A stretch of DNA of 23,535 bases from Myxococcota bacterium (GTDB lineage: Bacteria; Myxococcota_A; Polyangia; Polyangiales; Sandaracinaceae), in assembly GCA_036149055.1 (NCBI GenBank), contig JAYZQJ010000218.1, positions 1 to 23,535 on the forward strand. Reading direction: 5' to 3'. The position numbers and the translations under genes were made by a program. The notes below the pieces were generated by a model. It saw only the letters and a list, made by a program, of their open reading frames with translations. It was not told the origin of the DNA and searched no databases. The first letter of the stretch is position 1. Every line of letters begins with the position of its first letter. Shown piece after piece: positions 17,512 to 23,535 of this stretch.

Positions 17512-19248
17512 ATGCTGGAGAACATCGGCAAGCGCATCCAGACCTTCCTCCTCCTGTTGATCATCGTGCTGCTCAGCCTGGTGATGGCGGTCATCGGCTT
17601 CGGTACCCCCGGCGCCGAGGGCTGCGCCACCGACGGGCCGATCTACGCGGCGAAGGTCTACGGCGAGACGATCACGGAGGGTGACTTCCGCGCGGCCTAC
17701 AACCTGCCGGGCTTCGACCGCTACGACAGCGACCGCGCCCGCACGCTTCGGCTGAAGGAGTACACCCTCGACGGCCTGATCGAGCGCGAGCTCCTCGTCC
17801 GCGAGGCCCACCGCCTGGGCTTCAGCGTCGACGAGGAGGACATCATGCGCGAGGTCGCGCGGGACGAGGTCGTCTGGCTCGGCGGCCCGGTGGACGCGCC
17901 CGACGGCTACCCCTCCGGCGCGCTCTCGCAGCCCTTCCGCGATCGCGACGGGAACCTGTCGAGCGACAACATCCGCCGCTTCATCCAGTACCGCCTCCGC
18001 CGCAGCGTCGACGAGTTCGTGCAGTGGCAGGTCCGCGAGCACCTGGCCAACGACGTGCGTGACACGGTCACCGCGAGCGTCAGCGTCAGCCCCCGCGAGG
18101 TCTGGGACGCCTACGTGCAGGACACCGACCGCGCGCAGCTCGGCTACGTGCGCTTCGACCCGGCGTACTACGAGGACCGCGTCGAGATCACCGACGCCGC
18201 CCTCACCGCCTGGATGGGCGACAACGAGGAGGCGGTCGACCAGGAGTACCGCCGCCAGCGCCACCGCTACACCGACCTGCCGGAGCAGGCGCGGGTCCGT
18301 CAGATCCTGATCGAGGTCGCCCGCGACGCGAGCGACGCCGACCGGGCCGCGGCCCGCAGCCGCGCCGAGGATCTCCTGCGCCAGGCCCAGGGCGGCGCCG
18401 ACTTCGCCACCCTCGCCCGCCAGCACAGCGACGCCAACGCGAGCCGCGGCGGCGACATGGGCTGGTTCCCGCGCGGCCGTCACCCGGAGGCCTTCGAGGA
18501 GGCGGCGTTCTCGCTCGAGGCGGGCGCGCTCGGCGACGAGGTGGTCGAGACCAACGTGGGCTTCCACGTGGTGAAGGGCATGGGGCAGCGGCAGGGCGAC
18601 GTGCCGGAGGAGGACGCCAAGCGCGAGCTGGCCGAGGACCTCTACCGCGACGCGCGCGCCGGTGAGCTCGCCCGCGAGGAGGCCGACCGGGCCCTCGCCT
18701 ACCTCCGCGATGGCCACACGATGGAGGAGCTCGACGAGCGCCTCCGCGACGGCTGGGAGGAGCCCGCCCCCGCGCCCGAGGCGGCCGAGGGTGAGCTGGC
18801 CGAGGGCGAGGAGCCCGCGCTGGAGGACGAGGAGCCGGTGGAGCGCGACCCCCGCGCGCCGGCGACCCGCGAGACCCGCTCCTTCACCCGCAGCGAGCGC
18901 GCCATCCCCGGCCCGTTCGACAGCGGCCCCCTCACCGAGGCGGCCTTCGAGATGACCCTCGAGGACCCGCTCCCCGAGGCGCCGATCGAGCTCGGTGACA
19001 GCTGGTTCGTGTACCAGCTGACCGACCGCACCGTCGCCGACGAGGAGGGCTACGACGCCGAGACCCGCGCCGCGCTCGAGGAGCGCCTCCTGCGCCAGAA
19101 GCGCCGCGAGGCCCTCAGCGTCTACATCGGGCAGCTCCGCGCGCGCGCGGAGTCCGAGGGCGCGATCCGGATCAACCCCGCCATCCTCTCCTACGGCGCG
19201 AGCGAGGAAGAGGACGAGGAGGCTGGTGAGGAGACCGCCAGCCGCTGA
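17512..19248 (+). CDS. ppiD: PpiD/SurA-family membrane-anchored parvulin peptidyl-prolyl isomerase/chaperone
   Basis: N-terminal TM anchor (FLLLLIIVLLSLVMAVIGFG), SurA_N-like AAKVYGETIT...LDGLIERELL, parvulin motifs VRQILI, ADFATLARQHSD, RGGDMGWF, FEEAAFSL and VETNVGFHVVK. Confidence 0.88.
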   Translation: MLENIGKRIQTFLLLLIIVLLSLVMAVIGFGTPGAEGCATDGPIYAAKVYGETITEGDFRAAYNLPGFDRYDSDRARTLRLKEYTLDGLIERELLVREAHRLGFSVDEEDIMREVARDEVVWLGGPVDAPDGYPSGALSQPFRDRDGNLSSDNIRRFIQYRLRRSVDEFVQWQVREHLANDVRDTVTASVSVSPREVWDAYVQDTDRAQLGYVRFDPAYYEDRVEITDAALTAWMGDNEEAVDQEYRRQRHRYTDLPEQARVRQILIEVARDASDADRAAARSRAEDLLRQAQGGADFATLARQHSDANASRGGDMGWFPRGRHPEAFEEAAFSLEAGALGDEVVETNVGFHVVKGMGQRQGDVPEEDAKRELAEDLYRDARAGELAREEADRALAYLRDGHTMEELDERLRDGWEEPAPAPEAAEGELAEGEEPALEDEEPVERDPRAPATRETRSFTRSERAIPGPFDSGPLTEAAFEMTLEDPLPEAPIELGDSWFVYQLTDRTVADEEGYDAETRAALEERLLRQKRREALSVYIGQLRARAESEGAIRINPAILSYGASEEEDEEAGEETASR

Positions 19249-20569
19249 TCCGACGGAGCGCTCGCTCGACAACGGGCTGCGCGTCGTCGTCTCTCCGCTC
19301 CCGCACCTGCGCACGGTCTCGGTGGTCGTCGCCTTCGGCGTCGGCTCGCGTCACGAGCCGCCCGAGGACAGCGGGCTCACCCACCTGCTCGAGCACATGG
19401 TCTACCGGGGGACGGAGCGCTTCCCGTCCGCCTACGACCTCAACCGCGCCATCGAGGCCCTCGGCGGTGACCTCGACGGCGCGACGATGAGCGACGCGAC
19501 CACCTTCGCGGTGACGATCCCGCCGGCCTCGCTCGAGGGCGCGCTCGACGTGATGAGCGAGGTCTTCGTCTCGCCGCGCTTCGAGCAGCTCGAGGTCGAG
19601 AAGCGCATCGTGCGCGAGGAGATCCTCGAGGGGCTCGACGAGGACGGCGCGTGCATCGACGCCGACGATCTCTCGCGGGCGCGCATCTGGGGCGATCACC
19701 CCCTGGGCCGCCCGATCATCGGCAGCGAGGAGCGCATCGACGCGTTCACCGTCGCCGACCTGCGGCGCCACTTCGAGCGGGTCTTCGTGGCCGGCAACGC
19801 GGTGCTCTCGATCGCGGGGCCGGTCGATCCCGAGGACGCCTTCGCGGCGGCCGCGCGCGCCTTCGGGCGGCTGCGAGGCGGCGCGATCGAGGCGCCCCTC
19901 GCCCCGCCGGAGCCCCACGCCGGCCCCGCCGCCTCGCACGTCGAGGACACCGGCAGCCAGACCACGGTGCGCGTCGCCTTCCCCGCGTTCGGCGAGCGGG
20001 ATCCGCGCTGCCCGGCGCTGATGCTCCTGGTCCGCATCCTCGACGACGGCATGAGCGCGCGGCTGCACCGCCACCTCATCGACGCGCAGGGCCTCGCCTA
20101 CGACGCCTGGGCCGGCCTCGATCTCCACGTCGACTGCGGCGTGCTCGACGTCAGCGGCACCTGCGCCCACGAGAACGCGCCCGCGCTGCTGCGCGAGATG
20201 CTCGCGGTGCTCGGCGACCTCGCGGCCGGACCGATCGACCCGGACGAGCTCGAGCACGTGCGCCGCCGCCACCTCTGGGACCTCGAGGCGAGCGTGGACG
20301 ACGCCGCCGACGTGGCCGAGCACGCCGCGCTCGCGACCCTCTTCGACCTGCCTCGCACCCTCGACGCGATGGCCGAGGCGATCCGTCGCGTGACCCCCGA
20401 AGAGGTGGGGGCCGTGGCCCGCGAAGTGCTGAAAACGCCCGGTTTGCACGTGGTCACGGTGGGCATGCTCTCCCGCAAGAGGCGGTCCGAAGTGGACGAG
20501 ATCGCGAGGAAATGGCATCCCGAGGCGAGGCCATGCAGCTCGCCCTCCCGTTCGGACGCGCCCCGCTGA
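19226..20569 (+). CDS. M16 (pitrilysin-like) zinc peptidase
   Basis: LDNGLRVV, VGSRHE, GLTHLLEHM (inverted HxxEH zinc motif), EKRIVREE, HPLGRPIIG and C-terminal GMSARL...GLAY. Confidence 0.93.
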   Translation: MRRPPAADPTERSLDNGLRVVVSPLPHLRTVSVVVAFGVGSRHEPPEDSGLTHLLEHMVYRGTERFPSAYDLNRAIEALGGDLDGATMSDATTFAVTIPPASLEGALDVMSEVFVSPRFEQLEVEKRIVREEILEGLDEDGACIDADDLSRARIWGDHPLGRPIIGSEERIDAFTVADLRRHFERVFVAGNAVLSIAGPVDPEDAFAAAARAFGRLRGGAIEAPLAPPEPHAGPAASHVEDTGSQTTVRVAFPAFGERDPRCPALMLLVRILDDGMSARLHRHLIDAQGLAYDAWAGLDLHVDCGVLDVSGTCAHENAPALLREMLAVLGDLAAGPIDPDELEHVRRRHLWDLEASVDDAADVAEHAALATLFDLPRTLDAMAEAIRRVTPEEVGAVAREVLKTPGLHVVTVGMLSRKRRSEVDEIARKWHPEARPCSSPSRSDAPR

Positions 20570-21342
20570 AGCCGCCCCCGCCCCGGGGACCGGTCACGCC
20601 GCCGTCTCCGCCCAAGGGGCGCGCCGCGCTCGAGTCCCGCATCCGCCGCGCCCTCTCGGTCCCCGCCGACCTCGTGGTGACCGACAACCGGCGCACGATG
20701 ATCTCGACCAAGCGGCGCGGCGACCGCCTCGAGGTGCGGCTGCATCGCATGTTCCTCGACGCGCCCGACGGCGTGGTCGAGGAGCTGCTCACCTATCTGT
20801 CCGAGGGCGACGCGCGCAGCTCGCGCCGCATCACCCGCTTCATCGAGTCCAACCGGCACCGCATCAAGGCGCGGCGCCGACGCGTCCTGCTGCGCACGCG
20901 AGGGTCGCACCACGATCTCGCCGCGATCTTCGAGGAGGTCGCCGCGTTCTTCCCGGAGGGCCTCGACGGCGTGCGCATCACCTGGGGCAAGGAGCCGCCG
21001 AAGAGCCGGCGCCGCCGGAGCAGCATCCGCCTCGGCACCTACACCCACGACCAGCAGCTGGTGCGCATCCACCCGGCGCTCGATCAGCCGGAGGTGCCGC
21101 GCTTCTTCGTCGCCTTCGTGGTGTTCCACGAGCTGCTGCACCACGTGGTGCCGGCGGAGCGCCGGAGCGGACGCATCGACTACCACCCGCCCGCGTTCCG
21201 CAAGCGCGAGCGCACGCACCCGGACTACACGCGGGCGACGCGCTGGGAGACCGAGCACCTCGATCTCCTGCTCTCCTACCGGACCGGCCCGTCGCGACCG
21301 GCGCGGCACCGGCCGAAGGTCAGTCGCTCGGGTCCGACTTGA
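20533..21342 (+). CDS. SprT-like / zincin metalloprotease (HExxH)
   Basis: VVTDNRRTMIS...VRLHRMF N-terminal region, ITWG, IRLGTY, IHPALD, VFHELLH and a downstream His (YHPPAF). Start ATG 20533 or 20512, within ORF 19651..21342. Confidence 0.8.
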   Translation: MQLALPFGRAPLKPPPPRGPVTPPSPPKGRAALESRIRRALSVPADLVVTDNRRTMISTKRRGDRLEVRLHRMFLDAPDGVVEELLTYLSEGDARSSRRITRFIESNRHRIKARRRRVLLRTRGSHHDLAAIFEEVAAFFPEGLDGVRITWGKEPPKSRRRRSSIRLGTYTHDQQLVRIHPALDQPEVPRFFVAFVVFHELLHHVVPAERRSGRIDYHPPAFRKRERTHPDYTRATRWETEHLDLLLSYRTGPSRPARHRPKVSRSGPT

Positions 21343-21634
21343 AGAGCTGGTTGAAGGCCCAGACCTCGCGCGCGCGCAGGCTGCCGAACTGCACGCCCAT
21401 CCCGTCGACCTTCTCCCACCGCACGATGGCGGCGAGCTTCACGTCTTCCTTGAGCGCGGGGAGATAGATCTCCAGCTCCACCTTCGCGCCGTACGGCAGC
21501 GACTCGTTCGAGACGAGATACATGCCGCCGAGGCTGATGTTGCGGGTGATCGTTTCGATCTGCCCACCCTCGTGGTGAACGATCACCTTGAGTCGTCGCT
21601 CGAAGCGTTCGTGGACTCTTCGGCCGGTGGACAA
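21320..21634 (-). CDS. Stand-alone PilZ domain protein
   Basis: TTG 21634 after AAAGGA. RRVHER (RxxxR) and NISLGG ([D/N]xSxxG) c-di-GMP motifs, VRW...GMGVQF; 104 aa. Confidence 0.88.
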   Translation of the reverse strand: MSTGRRVHERFERRLKVIVHHEGGQIETITRNISLGGMYLVSNESLPYGAKVELEIYLPALKEDVKLAAIVRWEKVDGMGVQFGSLRAREVWAFNQLFKSDPSD

Positions 21635-21708
21635 AGCGCTTCCTTTCCCGCGGGAACGCGCAACAGAACGGGCGATGGGAGTATCCTTCGAGGCCGGGGA
21701 AGTCAAGG

Positions 21709-22542
21709 TTGGGAAATACGGAAGACGGGCCGAAGAGTGAAGGGGCGCGCGGCGCGACGATCGCGTTGTTGATCGCGCTGGTGACGCCGCCACTGCTGTT
21801 GTGGAGCTGGAGCCGGCCGATGTCGGTCGCGCCTCGCGAGATGCCGCCGCTGACGCTCTCGCCCGAGGCGGTGAGCGCGCGGCTGGCCGAGGAGGCGCGG
21901 CTCGCCGAGGAGGCGCCCGAGGGCGAGGCGGCGCTCGAGCGCGCGCGCCGCTTCGCCGAGCTCAACCGCAGCGAGCTCGAGGCGCGCGACACGCCGGGCC
22001 AGGCGGCCGAGCGGCGGCGACGGCTGCTCGCGGCGACGAACGGGCTGGTGGCCGAGCACGGCGAGGAGGTCCTGCAGGCGATGCGCGCCGACGATCTGCG
22101 CGCGCTCGAGCCCGCGCTGCGCGGCGCCCCGAGCCGGGCCGACACCCTCGGCGGCTTCCTCCGGATGATGGAGCGCTACGGCATGATGGCCGACGGTCGG
22201 CAGCGCGCCCCGGCGTTCGTGGTCCGCGCCGCCTGGCTCGCGCGCTGGAACGCGATGCACGGGCGCGCGCTCACCGAGGGCTTCGCGGAGATCGACCACC
22301 AGGCCTACTGGGGCTGGCTCGCGCTGGCGGCGGAGAACGCGCCCGCCGAGCGCCGGCTCGAGGCCCTCGATCGCTACGCCGAGGCCGGGGGCGCGGGCGC
22401 GGAGGAGGCGCGCGCGGTGCTCCTGCTCGAGGCGGGCCTCCAGGAGGACGCGCGCGAGGCCTTGCTCGCCGCCTACGAGCGGGCCCCGACCTTCCGGCTC
22501 CGCAACCACCTGCTCGCGGCGACCTCGGGCGAGGAAGATTGA
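21709..22542 (+). CDS. Hypothetical membrane-anchored, alpha-helical (possibly TPR-like) protein
   Basis: One N-terminal hydrophobic segment (IALLIALVTPPLLLWSW) followed by Ala/Glu/Arg/Leu-rich helices; fills the gap between PilZ and pssA. Start uncertain. Confidence 0.65.
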   Translation: MGNTEDGPKSEGARGATIALLIALVTPPLLLWSWSRPMSVAPREMPPLTLSPEAVSARLAEEARLAEEAPEGEAALERARRFAELNRSELEARDTPGQAAERRRRLLAATNGLVAEHGEEVLQAMRADDLRALEPALRGAPSRADTLGGFLRMMERYGMMADGRQRAPAFVVRAAWLARWNAMHGRALTEGFAEIDHQAYWGWLALAAENAPAERRLEALDRYAEAGGAGAEEARAVLLLEAGLQEDAREALLAAYERAPTFRLRNHLLAATSGEED

Positions 22543-22618
22543 GCGGCCCCGGCCGTATCCGGTGTCGCTGGACGGGTGCGACGTGGCCGCCCATACTGGC
22601 CGTGGGGGAACGCGGGGC

Positions 22619-23422
22619 GTGAAGAAGAAGGTCAATTTGAGGAAGACGCTCTTTCTGCTGCCGAGCCTCTTCACGCTCTCGAGCATCTTCTGCGGCTTCT
22701 ACGCGACGCTGCTGTCGCTCGAGGGCGCCGACGCCGGCACGTTCTACCGGGCGTCGCTGCTCATCGTCTTCGCGATGTTCTTCGACCTGATCGACGGCCG
22801 GGTCGCGCGGCTCACCAAGACCCAGAGCGCGTTCGGCGTGCAGATCGACTCGCTCGCCGACCTCGTCTCCTTCGGCGTCGCGCCGGGCATCCTGGTCTAC
22901 CAGTGGTCGCTTCACGCGCTCGACTTCGCCGGCCTCGTGGTGGCGTTCGTCTTCGTGGCCTGCGGCGCCATCCGGCTCGCGCGCTTCAACGTGCTCGCGT
23001 CCGAGAGCGACGGCGCCCCGAAGAAGCCGGGCAAGTACATCGTCGGCCTGCCGATCCCCGGCGCCGCCGGCGTGCTCGTCTCGCTCGTCGTCGCCAACCA
23101 CGCCGTCGGCGGCCACCTCGAGCGCCTCGAGGGCGGCGTGATGGCCATCGTGCTCACCCTCGCCTTCTTCATGGTGAGCACGATCAAGTTCCGCTCCTTC
23201 AAGGACCTCAAGCTCAACGGCCGCGCGATCGCGCTCTTCGCCCTCGCGCTCGGCTCGAGCGCCGCGTTCGCGCTGATGTTCCACCCCTCCTTCGCGCTCG
23301 TCTGGCTCCTCGCCAGCTACCTCGCGATCGGAGTGGCCGAGACCCTCTTCAACCTCTCGCGCCGCGGCCTCCGACGCGGCCCCGTCGAGCCCGAAGAAGA
23401 GGAAGAGCCCGCGGACGCCTGA
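22619..23422 (+). CDS. pssA: CDP-diacylglycerol--serine O-phosphatidyltransferase (type II)
   Basis: LPSLFTL, CDP-alcohol phosphotransferase motif DLIDGRVARLTKTQSAFGVQIDSLADLVSFGVAP, AIRLARFN, GLPIP and FMVSTIKFRSFK. Start re-assigned to GTG 22619. Confidence 0.93.
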   Translation: MKKKVNLRKTLFLLPSLFTLSSIFCGFYATLLSLEGADAGTFYRASLLIVFAMFFDLIDGRVARLTKTQSAFGVQIDSLADLVSFGVAPGILVYQWSLHALDFAGLVVAFVFVACGAIRLARFNVLASESDGAPKKPGKYIVGLPIPGAAGVLVSLVVANHAVGGHLERLEGGVMAIVLTLAFFMVSTIKFRSFKDLKLNGRAIALFALALGSSAAFALMFHPSFALVWLLASYLAIGVAETLFNLSRRGLRRGPVEPEEEEEPADA

Positions 23423-23425
23423 AGA

Positions 23426-23529
23426 TGCGGCAAATATTGCCGCAGCTTCCACGCGCGTCAGCGCGTGAGATGGGGTGGGAGCCCGAGCCGGCTTTGCCGG
23501 TCGGGCGGGAGGGGGCGCATGCCCCCTCC
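23426..23529. repeat. Cluster of four consecutive inverted repeats after pssA (terminator and/or REP-like element)
   Basis: TGCGGCAA-ata-TTGCCGCA (23426-23444), CACGCGC-gtca-GCGCGTG (23450-23467), GCCCGA-g-CCGGC-ttt-GCCGG-TCGGGC (23481-23506) and GGAGGGGGC-gcat-GCCCCCTCC (23508-23529). Confidence 0.55.
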
Positions 23530-23535
23530 GGAAAC

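Overview
A very GC-rich, gene-dense bacterial chromosomal segment. The gene content (Cys-rich lipoproteins, Hanks-type kinases, STAS/SEC14-like proteins, stand-alone PilZ) suggests Myxococcota, Polyangia/Sandaracinaceae-like; this is inference. From left to right: a truncated RluA-family pseudouridine synthase that the ORF track misses, a Gly-rich membrane protein, two divergent lipoproteins and a membrane Ser/Thr kinase. Next is a translationally coupled red/far-red light-sensing operon (bphO-bphP-response regulator-hybrid histidine kinase) and a cluster of three STAS/SEC14-like domains around a STAS-kinase-pseudo-receiver fusion. An unexplained ~250-bp intergenic array follows: six degenerate 41-bp units, each made of two related palindromes with compensatory changes. 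This is the most unusual signal in the window. The rest is an HrpB-like helicase, an orphan histidine kinase, DUF1328, ppiD-M16 peptidase-SprT-like protease, PilZ, a hypothetical protein, pssA and a hairpin cluster at the right edge. No rRNA, tRNA, transposase, integrase or cas genes were recognised. All family calls come from motif reading by eye, not database searches, and many start codons were re-assigned from the ORF track.
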